Shown here piece after piece: positions 10,271 through 19,849 of a stretch of 64,000 bases of DNA (positions are counted from its first letter, which is position 1; every line of letters begins with the position of its first letter). The position numbers and the translations under genes were made by a program. The notes under the pieces are model-generated. The model saw only the letters and a list, made by a program, of their open reading frames with translations, did not search any database and was not told the origin of the DNA. This DNA is from a virus (Duplodnaviria; Caudoviricetes), in IMG/VR virus record IMGVR_UViG_3300031555_002371, positions 32,001 to 96,000 of that record; one strand, 5' to 3'.

Positions 10271-10826
10271 TCACATAACATAGAACATGGGAGTGCATCC
10301 GCCTATAAAAGGAAGCTCATCTCTCTTCATAAAAGAACTAAATTCCTCAAAACCACACCTTTTATAAAAATTTACGGCTTTAGGAACTGCGTATAGACAT
10401 ATATGCGTAGCTCCAACGCTGTTTATAGAAATAGAATTTATATATTCAATCATGGCCAAAAATAACGCCTGACTAAGAGTATTATACCTCGTAGAATCTT
10501 TGTCATATAGAAGGCTTCTATAATCTTCATCTATTGCAAAGTAATCTATTTCTATAGACGGTATACTTGTGTTATATGTTCTACCATTCAATTCTTCAAC
10601 AACCGCTATACCGTTACAGCAAATTGCACAAACTCCTATAAGTCTGTTGTTTTCTTCGTCGACAAATAAATATGTTACATCTTTTTTTTGATGTTAAACA
10701 TTCATTCTGAACAAAATCACTAATGGCGGGATATTCACAATTGAATTTTTTTAGGATTTCAGCGTCGTTGTCATTTACTCGGTGAAAAGATATTTGGTAT
10801 TCTTCTCCATACTTGTGTGTTATCAT
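10271..10826 (-). pseudogene. GNAT acetyltransferase (toxin-like), frameshifted at an A8 run
   Basis: Removing one base from the run at 10682-10689 joins ORFs 10614-10826 and 10271-10591; motifs FNCEYPAISDFV, IEIDYFAID, LYAVPKAVNFYKRCGF. Confidence 0.75.
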
Positions 10827-10984
10827 TGTTTCTCTTCAATGATTCCAATCTTTTTAACTATTTTGTTTGTCAATTCTCTGTTTTTTTCAATAGTTTTTTC
10901 ATTCTTCTTTTGCTCTTTGAAGAGTTGAGTTCTTTCCTTAGAAACTAAGAAGACGCGATCGCATTTTGCTGTTAATACTGCCAT
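10823..10984 (-). CDS. small basic protein, putative antitoxin
   Basis: AAGGAG SD, 53 aa, ATGA overlap with the GNAT gene. Confidence 0.6.
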   Translation of the reverse strand: MAVLTAKCDRVFLVSKERTQLFKEQKKNEKTIEKNRELTNKIVKKIGIIEEKQ

Positions 10985-11095
10985 TTTTTTTCTCCTTCTT
11001 TCTTTCATTTTTTGTCGCCCCTTATTTTTTTGTTTTTTACATTATACTATTAAGAGTGCGAACAATTTGTCGAAAAATATCCTATCACCATTTGT

Positions 11096-11124
11096 ATTAT
11101 ATCATTTTGTTTTACAAATTGCAA
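11096..11124 (-). promoter_or_regulatory. sigmaA promoter (extended -10) for the GNAT cassette
   Basis: TTGCAA, 17 bp spacer, TGnTATAAT on the minus strand. Confidence 0.65.
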
Positions 11125-11314
11125 CATTTTATTTCAAAAAATAAATCTTTTTGCAAATCTGACAGAATTCTGACAGTTCATGCCGCCTCTTATGATCAAT
11201 GCCCCATACTATGCCTATTGATACTCTCATTCTATCGACAAATATAGTCTTAAAAATAACACCTTTATATTTCAAAGTTTATCTATAGTTTTCAAATACT
11301 CCTGCTACTGAGAC

Positions 11315-12313
11315 TTATACCGTTGTGCTAATTTTGTAAGTGCCAAGCGGCACGGGCTTATTGTTGATAAAGTCCATGCCGTTCAGCACGATACAATCCT
11401 CGTACACATCTACAAGATAGCCTTGGCTTTCATCATACCGAACAACAAGTTCACCATTAACTACATCTCTTGGAGAACTCGATGAAGGAACATGAACAGA
11501 CTTGAAGCCGTCCGATGTTGAATAGTTGGCAGTAGTATCTAATTCTTGGCACTCAAACTTCGTATGTGAATGCCCATGAAAAATGATTGTGTTTTTGTAT
11601 TGGCTTAACAGGCTTTTGAACTCCGACAATCGATTCCAATTTTCGAAAATTGGAACCGTTTTGTAAGCGCCAACAGGGTTTCCACTACTGATGTACGGAT
11701 GAACAAACACAAAACACCTTTTATTTTTATTTGCCTCAAGTGTTGTGCCTAACCATTGGAATGCTTCATCACTCATTGGCTTGCTTCCTTTTGATTGCCC
11801 TACAAAGATAAACACATCATTTCCTTGCGAAACGGTGTAATATAGATCCCTGCCTGTGTAAGTTTTCAATTCGGTTAAGTTGTTTGTGATATCTACAACA
11901 TAGCTTTCGTGGTTTCCGCAACATCCGTGAACAGGAATAGTATGCTTGTCACATATTTCCTTGAAGTGAGCAAACTGGGCAGGCTGTAGGTTAACTTTGT
12001 CACCATCGTCATAAAGGCCTGTTTGCGTAATATCTCCACAGTGAGCGCAAAAAACACAATCGTTGTTTTCGAAGAAGGAAAGAGCCTTGTCAAACTTCCC
12101 TTCAGGATCCCAAGTAACCCAAGATTCTCCCTTTTTGTAGAAGTGTATATCGCTTACTAACCCAAAAGAGTATAACTTCGCACTAACTACAGGCGTTAGT
12201 CGACCGAGAGGGATTGTACAAACTTTAGCTCCACTACTGTCGTATACACCTATCCTTACCGCACCTTTAGGAGCTGTGTTTTCAGGGATAAAGTGCTTGT
12301 ATCTATACGCCAT
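11315..12313 (-). CDS. calcineurin-like metallophosphoesterase at the end of the tail operon
   Basis: SDIHF, CGDIT, GNHE, FVHP, HGHSH motifs. Confidence 0.85.
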   Translation of the reverse strand: MAYRYKHFIPENTAPKGAVRIGVYDSSGAKVCTIPLGRLTPVVSAKLYSFGLVSDIHFYKKGESWVTWDPEGKFDKALSFFENNDCVFCAHCGDITQTGLYDDGDKVNLQPAQFAHFKEICDKHTIPVHGCCGNHESYVVDITNNLTELKTYTGRDLYYTVSQGNDVFIFVGQSKGSKPMSDEAFQWLGTTLEANKNKRCFVFVHPYISSGNPVGAYKTVPIFENWNRLSEFKSLLSQYKNTIIFHGHSHTKFECQELDTTANYSTSDGFKSVHVPSSSSPRDVVNGELVVRYDESQGYLVDVYEDCIVLNGMDFINNKPVPLGTYKISTTV

Positions 12314-12323
12314 TTACATCACC

Positions 12324-15300
12324 TCACCACATAATGGTTTCATAGGCTGTTCCCGCTACGATAACATCTGTGGTAACTGCCCACTCTTGTGTTGTACCAC
12401 TAAGTGCCAATGAATGGTCATCTTCGGGCATAATAGTATAACCGCCCATAGATTCGTCATACTCTCCAGTTTCAAGATTCGTCGTATTATAATCGCTCTC
12501 TAACCATTGTTCCCACGTCATACCTTCCTCGAATTGGTATGTCGTACCTTCAATAGTAAACTGACTCAAATTGCTGGAAATCTGTTCGTCGATGGTCAGA
12601 ATTGTGTCATCTGTAATGCTTCCGCAAGAGAAACGTAAATAACCTTCACTTACAGGAACGGATGAAGAGATGCCAATGACATCAAATCGCCATACACCAT
12701 TTTCAAGTTGTATCCAAGAATATCCTAAAGACGGGTCTCCAAATACAGCTTGTTTAACAAGTTGCTTGTCCGTATTATAAAAAGCAATCGCGTTAGCATT
12801 CGAATTACTGCTCAATGAAATATTCTTAAGATAGACATAAGTCATATTCTCATAACGAATAAAACCAGAACAATAAGCAGTACTTTCAGCCTGTTCAACA
12901 CCTGATGACTTTATTCTGAATCCGGCTTTATAGCCATCTTCACTGTTAGTGCCAACATAATCACTTCCACTCTCGTTAACTGAAAGCGGGATCAAGTTGG
13001 TATATGAAGTTGTTATGTTTTGATTTATGGCCACAATAGATTCGTCGGTAATTCGTGAGCTGCCGATACGAATGTAAGCAACATTTGAAAGATTCGTAAA
13101 GAGTGAACAATTGGTCAACGATGAAGCATATACACCATTGCCTTTGTATGTTCCATCTGTAACGAACAATTGATACAATGAAGTTCCTTTATTACTACCG
13201 TTAACAGAAATTGGTTGCTTATTACTGTCATAGCAGGTAATATTGGAGTTGTTTTCATTGTTAATACCAATATCTTTAATGCAAATATCATCAGTTGCCG
13301 TGCATGGAATAAAGCCTGTACATTCGTAATTTGCCAATGCACTCTCGCCACCGCCTGACAGAGAAAGCCTGTATCCTGTCTTCCAACCCTTGCCGCCGTT
13401 GAAATGATTGCCGCTTGAATCTGTAGAAATCGGAATTTGGTTGACCATCGCAGCAGCTTTCTCTGCAACAGCAGTAATAACAAGAACCCCCGTTAATTTA
13501 GGAATGTTAATCTCATTACTGTCAACATACAGATTAGTAACATCTACTCCACCCATTAGAACTTCTACACTCTGTAACTCATAACCATCATCCGCATAGA
13601 CAAAGGCGTGATAGTCTTGTGTAACAACTGCAGGGTTGTGGCTGATAGTACAATTTGTTAGGCGGTAAGTGGCAGCATAAGAATCAGCAACATCGTCAAC
13701 TTCAAGGCCGCCAACAGGTGAGAAGCTGCCATCACTATGCTCAAACCTAAGTGTATATGTTCCATCTGGAAGATCACCACGTAAAGTTATTACATTGTTG
13801 TCTTCGATATAACCAGATATATCACCCTCAACCACATCTGCTTTAATATCTAAGCCACTACCTTGAGGCACACCATTCACAAAGAGATACACCAGACCGT
13901 CTGTATGAACTCCTAAAGTCAGTCCGCTTTTATCTGCTTTATCAGAAACCATCTGATTAACAAGCCCGGCAACTTCATTTAATTTAGTGGTAACCGCCTT
14001 GTTTTGAACAGGATTTGTAGAACTAGCACTCAATACAGAATCGACAGTTGTCTTATTTGCACCAGCTGCAATACCATTAAGTTTTGTCACCATATCCTTA
14101 GACATTGCACCATTCTTAGAAGTAGTAGCAGTATCAGTATCTTTCAGAATTTTCTGCCATGCATTATAAGTAAATGTACCAGCCGTTCCACCAGAGTTAA
14201 CACTTTGATACCATTCATTACCCTTGTGGTCAATAATCTTTCTTAATCTATAAACCCAAGTTTTACTTGTTTCGTTATCAATTGTAGTTGACAGCGGTGA
14301 ATATACTTGCATCATAAACGCCATTGTTGTAGGGCAATTTGTCATAGTTGCCACATCTGCATTTTTAGAACAATAGAAGTTACCTACCTTCAGATAAGTA
14401 GTAGTATTTATGTCTGCATTCGCAGGAATCGATGTTCCATAAGGAATCATCGAACAGAATACTCTTTGAAAAGCATTGCCGCTTACATCTTTTGTTTTAG
14501 CATCAAGAATAGCAGTTGCTTGTGCCGCAGAAACAGGTTTATTTATATCAGAAGTGTTATCTACGTTCCCTAATCCAACTTGCGATTTCGTAACACCGTG
14601 AGGATTAGACTTGTTGCTTGTATGAGTATCAAATTCTGTCTTAGACGCTCTACTTGTATCGGTAGGATGTTTATGGTCGCTTCTCGCTACTGTACTTGCA
14701 GAGCCAACCGAAGCAGACCCATCCATGACAGGAGCCGTTGTTGAATAAGATACATGAGTGCCATGAGACGAAGCAGCCTTGCCATCTAAGGCAGATTGAA
14801 GACCAGATACATCCGAAATAGCATGAGTATGAGAATCCAATTCATCTTGCAACGCATCAATTAAGGATTTAATGGCAACACCCTGAGCTGCGCTCAAAGG
14901 TTTATTGGTAACGTTTGTTGTAAGGTTGTTTATAATATCAGACACATTAACCTTGCTTGTCGTAATGCCATCAATTAAGTTCTTGTTATTTTTAATGTAG
15001 GCGACAACTTCGCTCATTTGGTCAAGAGTAGTGTCATCACTGTTAGCAAGAGCGTTCAGACGGGTAGTTAAGCCGGCGATTAAATCACGAATATCATTAT
15101 GAGTAGAATTGGATGTGTTATGGGTGCTAATACTTGTATTTACCGAAGAAGTAGATGCAAGATCAGATGTTTTTGTATCGGTATAAGATTTAGCAGTTTC
15201 TAAAGTTTTATTAGCCTCATCATTGGCGATTTGCCTAATAGGTCGTACTTGGTCTTCCGCAGTAAAATCACGACCATTATCATACATTTTGAGTATAAGA

Positions 15301-15755
15301 TTGCCAACATCCTGTACTACAGATTGATTCATCTCATCAATTTCGGTTTCGGTGTAATAACGGTCATCATGTGTATGAGTTGCGTTTGCTTTATTTACAA
15401 GAAGAGTGTCAATAATATTTGTAGTATAATAATCTTCTGCGTTTGGGAAAAGCACATTACCTTGCTGCCATTGATTGTCTGCCGTTACAATTAAAGCATA
15501 AACACAACTTCCATCGGTTTGCGTAAATACGCATCCTTCACCGTTCAAAGTGGTTGCCAAATTATACAGTATACCATTTTCATCTATTGCTTGTACGACG
15601 CGACCTGCATTGACCGCATCAATGATTTCTTGAAAAGCTGTTTCATATGAAATGGCAACGAATACCTTTGCTTCTGTTTTGGTTGCAAATAGTTTTTTTA
15701 ATTTGTTTAAGAAATCTCTTAAACTTCTTAAACCCGCATATTCTTTTTGTTCCAT
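12324..15755 (-). CDS. large tail fibre / receptor-binding protein
   Basis: HTHDDRYYTE, NPHGVTKSQVGLGNVDNTSD, pyocin-knob-like segment, repeated beta domains. Confidence 0.85.
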   Translation of the reverse strand: MEQKEYAGLRSLRDFLNKLKKLFATKTEAKVFVAISYETAFQEIIDAVNAGRVVQAIDENGILYNLATTLNGEGCVFTQTDGSCVYALIVTADNQWQQGNVLFPNAEDYYTTNIIDTLLVNKANATHTHDDRYYTETEIDEMNQSVVQDVGNLILKMYDNGRDFTAEDQVRPIRQIANDEANKTLETAKSYTDTKTSDLASTSSVNTSISTHNTSNSTHNDIRDLIAGLTTRLNALANSDDTTLDQMSEVVAYIKNNKNLIDGITTSKVNVSDIINNLTTNVTNKPLSAAQGVAIKSLIDALQDELDSHTHAISDVSGLQSALDGKAASSHGTHVSYSTTAPVMDGSASVGSASTVARSDHKHPTDTSRASKTEFDTHTSNKSNPHGVTKSQVGLGNVDNTSDINKPVSAAQATAILDAKTKDVSGNAFQRVFCSMIPYGTSIPANADINTTTYLKVGNFYCSKNADVATMTNCPTTMAFMMQVYSPLSTTIDNETSKTWVYRLRKIIDHKGNEWYQSVNSGGTAGTFTYNAWQKILKDTDTATTSKNGAMSKDMVTKLNGIAAGANKTTVDSVLSASSTNPVQNKAVTTKLNEVAGLVNQMVSDKADKSGLTLGVHTDGLVYLFVNGVPQGSGLDIKADVVEGDISGYIEDNNVITLRGDLPDGTYTLRFEHSDGSFSPVGGLEVDDVADSYAATYRLTNCTISHNPAVVTQDYHAFVYADDGYELQSVEVLMGGVDVTNLYVDSNEINIPKLTGVLVITAVAEKAAAMVNQIPISTDSSGNHFNGGKGWKTGYRLSLSGGGESALANYECTGFIPCTATDDICIKDIGINNENNSNITCYDSNKQPISVNGSNKGTSLYQLFVTDGTYKGNGVYASSLTNCSLFTNLSNVAYIRIGSSRITDESIVAINQNITTSYTNLIPLSVNESGSDYVGTNSEDGYKAGFRIKSSGVEQAESTAYCSGFIRYENMTYVYLKNISLSSNSNANAIAFYNTDKQLVKQAVFGDPSLGYSWIQLENGVWRFDVIGISSSVPVSEGYLRFSCGSITDDTILTIDEQISSNLSQFTIEGTTYQFEEGMTWEQWLESDYNTTNLETGEYDESMGGYTIMPEDDHSLALSGTTQEWAVTTDVIVAGTAYETIMW

Positions 15756-15789
15756 TTTAATCTCTCCTTTCTACATTTGATATCGTCCC

Positions 15790-16173
15790 TTACCACGACA
15801 GAACTTGATACTGCCATCCGCTCATTATCGCATCTCTCGAATAGACTTCGGTAGAGCTTGTCGAAGGATATACTGCAACAGAATCACTATAATTAGGATG
15901 AATCACTCCATATTGGGGGCTTACAACATAATTGTCAGTGTTATAAGAACTTGTTACCCACGCGCCCCAAGTCATCCCTTGATCGGCTTGGTAACTTGTA
16001 CCGTCAATGGTAAAGGAAATAAGACCGGTACCACCAAAGGTTGCCGTGCCTACAATGCGCTCGCCTTTGGCATTATAGGCGATCACACCCTCCGCGAGTG
16101 TCTCTGGTGTAACTGTGGAATCTGTTAAATCAACAAGAGTATCTCCGTCATAAATAACCTTATTGACTGCCAT
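15790..16173 (-). CDS. small tail fibre-associated protein
   Basis: NKVIYDGDTLVDLTD N-terminus; C-terminal domain shared with neighbours. Confidence 0.7.
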   Translation of the reverse strand: MAVNKVIYDGDTLVDLTDSTVTPETLAEGVIAYNAKGERIVGTATFGGTGLISFTIDGTSYQADQGMTWGAWVTSSYNTDNYVVSPQYGVIHPNYSDSVAVYPSTSSTEVYSRDAIMSGWQYQVLSW

Positions 16174-16185
16174 TTACATCACCTC

Positions 16186-17010
16186 TTAATACGAAAGAAC
16201 TTGGTACTGTCCTCCGCTAATTATCACGTCTGACGATGTAACTACGCTACCATTTTGCGAAGGATATACTGCAGTAGAAGTTGAACCATAAGGCTGAATT
16301 ACTCTGTCGATTGGGTCTACCGCATAATTGTCAGTGTTATAGCTGCTATCAACCCACGCCCCCCAAGTCATTCCTTGATTGGCTTGATAGCTTTTACTGT
16401 CAATGGAGAAGGAAATCAGAGTGCCACCACCGCCGCCGATCGTTACCGTCTTGCCCCCTGCGGAATTGTTGGTTTCCACATAGGGAATCGAAGAAACCGT
16501 TACCTCTGACAGATAGTTATATCCCGAATCAGGAAGAACGGTCTGTTGCGTTGCCGACGGCGTAATAGTTTTGGATTGCGCTTTAACACCTTCTGTTCCC
16601 GACATAGTACCTTCTACACCGAGAATCGTTACACCATCGCGGATGTTAGCAGGAATCAGCTTCGCCTGTTCTGTCGAGTCAATCTGTACTGTGCCAGAGC
16701 CATCGTGATAGCCCTGCGGCACGGTGTATTTTCCTGATTTAGACGAAATCGTTCCGCTGACAGCACCTTTGTTTGGCATTGTGCCTGTAACCATGACGCC
16801 TCTGACATAAGCTGTTTGACCTGCAATGATTTCGTCCTGCGCAGCATTGGCTTCACTTGTATCAGCATCGTAAGGACAAGTTCCTTCAATAAGTTCGCCG
16901 TCTTTACCGTGCGCCGTTGCGCCTATAAGAAGCTTGTCTTTTGTAACAGTGTCATTCGTTAAGTCAATAAGTGTTTCGCCTGCGTAAATAACTTTTGAAA
17001 TTTTTGCCAT
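16186..17010 (-). CDS. tail fibre-associated protein
   Basis: SKVIYAGETLIDLTND, TVPQGYHDGSG; shared C-terminal domain. Confidence 0.75.
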   Translation of the reverse strand: MAKISKVIYAGETLIDLTNDTVTKDKLLIGATAHGKDGELIEGTCPYDADTSEANAAQDEIIAGQTAYVRGVMVTGTMPNKGAVSGTISSKSGKYTVPQGYHDGSGTVQIDSTEQAKLIPANIRDGVTILGVEGTMSGTEGVKAQSKTITPSATQQTVLPDSGYNYLSEVTVSSIPYVETNNSAGGKTVTIGGGGGTLISFSIDSKSYQANQGMTWGAWVDSSYNTDNYAVDPIDRVIQPYGSTSTAVYPSQNGSVVTSSDVIISGGQYQVLSY

Positions 17011-17026
17011 AATTTTACCTCTTTCT

Positions 17027-17410
17027 TTATCCTATATTGACGGTCTTTCCGCCTTCGTTATTAGATACCTCGCTATAAGGTATTTCTTTTACAAATAGGT
17101 CTTGCTCCATAATTGCCTGCGCTGTTGGTAGCTGCTGTTTTTGGGTGGATGGAGTTACTTCGTAGTTTCCCGAATATACTTTGAGTTCGGCAAGAACACG
17201 CTGTACGATCAGTGCTATATCAGCTTCTGTCAGCGTGTACGAGCCATTACCGCCACCGCCGCCGTTAGCGAGAATACTTGCAAGAACTTCGTCTAAACGC
17301 TTGCCAGTATCATCAACTTGCACATCTCGTGCATTGACAAGTGGGAATTCTCCGTTATTCTTCGGCTTGATGCCGCTAATCAGTTCAATAGAACCATTGT
17401 ACTCTGCCAT
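17027..17410 (-). CDS. tail-associated hypothetical protein
   Basis: ORF in the tail module; IPYSEVSNNEGGKTVNIG resembles a segment of the next gene. Confidence 0.65.
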   Translation of the reverse strand: MAEYNGSIELISGIKPKNNGEFPLVNARDVQVDDTGKRLDEVLASILANGGGGGNGSYTLTEADIALIVQRVLAELKVYSGNYEVTPSTQKQQLPTAQAIMEQDLFVKEIPYSEVSNNEGGKTVNIG

Positions 17411-17422
17411 ATTTCACCCCAC

Positions 17423-18076
17423 TTACGAAACAGTTATGGTTGTAGAACCAAGGCTTGCATTATCGGAACGATAAATATAGTATGATTCACTATATCCGCT
17501 ACCATTGGTAATATTGATTGTATTTACAAGAGTGAAACCGCCACCGAAACCGCCAACATTAAACGAACACGCTCCCATCCTTGAAGGAATTGCGTACCAA
17601 ATATATTCTCCCGAATTAGCAGTTACAGTAAATGTTTGTTCTTTTGAACTTGCCAAAGCCGAAGACATTGCTTCTGTCGTGAATTCGATCGCCGTTCCCC
17701 AATATGCCCTATTCAAGAATGTCACGCTCGTAGTCTTGATGGTGGCAGTTCCTTTTTCATCTTCAGCAGTTAATGTCCAAGTTTTATCGTTTTTGATATT
17801 CAGGTTAGTTAATGTTATACTGCCGGTAGTACCAGCGGTTTGAATGACATTTCCGTCAATTTTTACACTTGACGCTGGTTTATTAAGCGACCAGTCCAGT
17901 GTGACCGATGTGATATTGGAACCAATTTCTGCACTCGTAATACTGCTGCTGAAGCTATTGATCTCTATTGGGATGTATAGGGCTTCTGCAAGTCTGTCCT
18001 CTATCTTTTGAATCAGTGAGTCATAGACATAATCCAAAGATTCAACTGTTACCAATTTATTTTTAATATCTGCCAT
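17423..18076 (-). CDS. Ig-like tail-associated protein
   Basis: Thr/Ser-rich beta protein with SD. Confidence 0.65.
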   Translation of the reverse strand: MADIKNKLVTVESLDYVYDSLIQKIEDRLAEALYIPIEINSFSSSITSAEIGSNITSVTLDWSLNKPASSVKIDGNVIQTAGTTGSITLTNLNIKNDKTWTLTAEDEKGTATIKTTSVTFLNRAYWGTAIEFTTEAMSSALASSKEQTFTVTANSGEYIWYAIPSRMGACSFNVGGFGGGFTLVNTINITNGSGYSESYYIYRSDNASLGSTTITVS

Positions 18077-18127
18077 AGCAAGCTCCTTTCTTAAGTATTT
18101 TAAGTGTTTTGCTTCCGCAAATATAAT

Positions 18128-18155
18128 AGAGTAGGGAGGATTTCTCCCTACTCTA
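18128..18155 (-). terminator. hairpin terminator
   Basis: AGAGTAGGGAG/CTCCCTACTCT. Confidence 0.6.
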
Positions 18156-18165
18156 TAAAGTTATA

Positions 18166-19323
18166 TTAAGAAGCAAACATGGCGTCAATTTCTGCGGTAG
18201 TAATCTCTACATAAGTTACGGACTTCAAGTTGTCAACGTCTGTTCTTAAATCAGTAACTTCTCCATCAGCGAGTGCGGTTACTGCGCTCTGTGCGTCAGT
18301 ACCGGCTTTCTTCGCATCGGCAATAGCATTTGCGGTAGCTCCACCTTCAGCAAGGGATGCTTCAAGCTTGTCGATATCGCCTGCGTTGGTTGCAATACCA
18401 GAAAGGTCAACGTCACCAATCGCATCGTTTGTATACTGCTTAGCGGCTTCGAGAGCGGCATCTGCCTTTGCCTGCGCGTTAGCGTCAGCGTTATCAGCTT
18501 TGTCAAGAGAAGCCTGTACTGCGGTAGACAGTTTCTCTTTGGTTACATTGCCGTTTGCAATTTTCTCGGTTGTAACGGCATTAGCGGCAAGCTCAGTCGC
18601 AGTAATAGAACCAGCGACAACGGTTGCGCTAATTTCTCTTGTAGCGGAATCAACGACAAGCTGAATCTGAGTAGCGTTTGCCTGTGCCTTGTAAATATCG
18701 ACAAGAGTGCCAACGTTTACATAGATAACATCGTTTGTTGCATTTGCAAGAACGAGCTTGATATAAGTACCTGCTGTCTGACCTTCAGGGTTAACTACAA
18801 CTTCACCGGACTCAACTACCATGTCCTTAGGAATGTCGATGACTCCAATTTTAGCTTCGCCCTGATAAATTGTATAAGACTTAGCCGCACCTTCAGACGT
18901 GGTGTCGGTCGCAATAGAAATAGCCGCAGCAGTACCACCTGCAGATACGGAACGTCTAACCTCGTTGATGGCATCTACGATGTTATCCTTGTCAGTTGTT
19001 TCAAGGCCTTCAAGAGCGCCAATTTCGCCCTGAACCTCATCCTTTGCATCCTTAACGGCTTTCTTAACGCTGCCCTCGGTAGCCTCGTCGCCGTTCAACG
19101 TCTCAATTGCTTCCTTATTGGTCTTTACCTGACCATCAGCAAGTTCCTTAACCTTTGTTTCCGCAGTACCGGCAGCGTCATAATTCTCTGCAAGACTGTC
19201 ACTGTAATCCTTTGCATCCTGAAGGGTCTTAGCATCACCATTGTTGATCTCTGTTCTGATGTTCTCAACCAGTCTCTCAACGCCTTCTGTACCTAAAAAT
19301 TTCTTTTCGATAAGTTCTGCCAT
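18166..19323 (-). CDS. tail fibre-like structural protein
   Basis: coiled-coil repeats, IDIPKDMVVESG, AVTTEKIA. Confidence 0.7.
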   Translation of the reverse strand: MAELIEKKFLGTEGVERLVENIRTEINNGDAKTLQDAKDYSDSLAENYDAAGTAETKVKELADGQVKTNKEAIETLNGDEATEGSVKKAVKDAKDEVQGEIGALEGLETTDKDNIVDAINEVRRSVSAGGTAAAISIATDTTSEGAAKSYTIYQGEAKIGVIDIPKDMVVESGEVVVNPEGQTAGTYIKLVLANATNDVIYVNVGTLVDIYKAQANATQIQLVVDSATREISATVVAGSITATELAANAVTTEKIANGNVTKEKLSTAVQASLDKADNADANAQAKADAALEAAKQYTNDAIGDVDLSGIATNAGDIDKLEASLAEGGATANAIADAKKAGTDAQSAVTALADGEVTDLRTDVDNLKSVTYVEITTAEIDAMFAS

Positions 19324-19356
19324 AATAAAAGTCTCCTTTTTAATAAAATAATTGTT

Positions 19357-19827
19357 TTATCTTTGAAATAACGCATCAATATCTTCTGCGGTCATTTCCA
19401 CTGTTTTATCAGCTACAATAACATACTGTAATGTAGCTTCGTCCCATATAGATATCGCTTTATTTGCTTTATCTACATATAGGGTTTTCACTGAACCCAA
19501 TTTAGGCAATTCTGTGCCAATAAAAATTATTTCTTTGGGTGGGGTAGTAATTTGAATCCAACCAGATTCTTGATATGACCAGAATACCGCCGTATCAATT
19601 ACAAAATAATAAGAACCAGTCACAGGAGCAAGTAAAGACTTCCTTGTCTGCTCTGTTTCCAGTTCGATAATCTGATTATAAAAAACACGTTTGTCGCCAT
19701 AATCAAGGGCGATTCGATGCTTATCTTGAACAAAAATAAGTTGCCCGTTCTTTATCGTAAGCTCGGACAAACGACTTCCCACCGTGGCACAAACTGACAG
19801 AATCGGATAGGTGATTGTATCTGTCAC
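19357..19827 (-). CDS. tail-associated hypothetical protein
   Basis: GGAGG SD, IKNGQLIF motif. Confidence 0.65.
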   Translation of the reverse strand: MTDTITYPILSVCATVGSRLSELTIKNGQLIFVQDKHRIALDYGDKRVFYNQIIELETEQTRKSLLAPVTGSYYFVIDTAVFWSYQESGWIQITTPPKEIIFIGTELPKLGSVKTLYVDKANKAISIWDEATLQYVIVADKTVEMTAEDIDALFQR

Positions 19828-19849
19828 GTGCCTACCTCCTCTAAATTAA

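Noticed and set aside
15790-16419. Complete diversity-generating retroelement
   Set aside because: No reverse transcriptase or non-coding template repeat in the window; both copies are coding and differ at non-adenine and synonymous sites.
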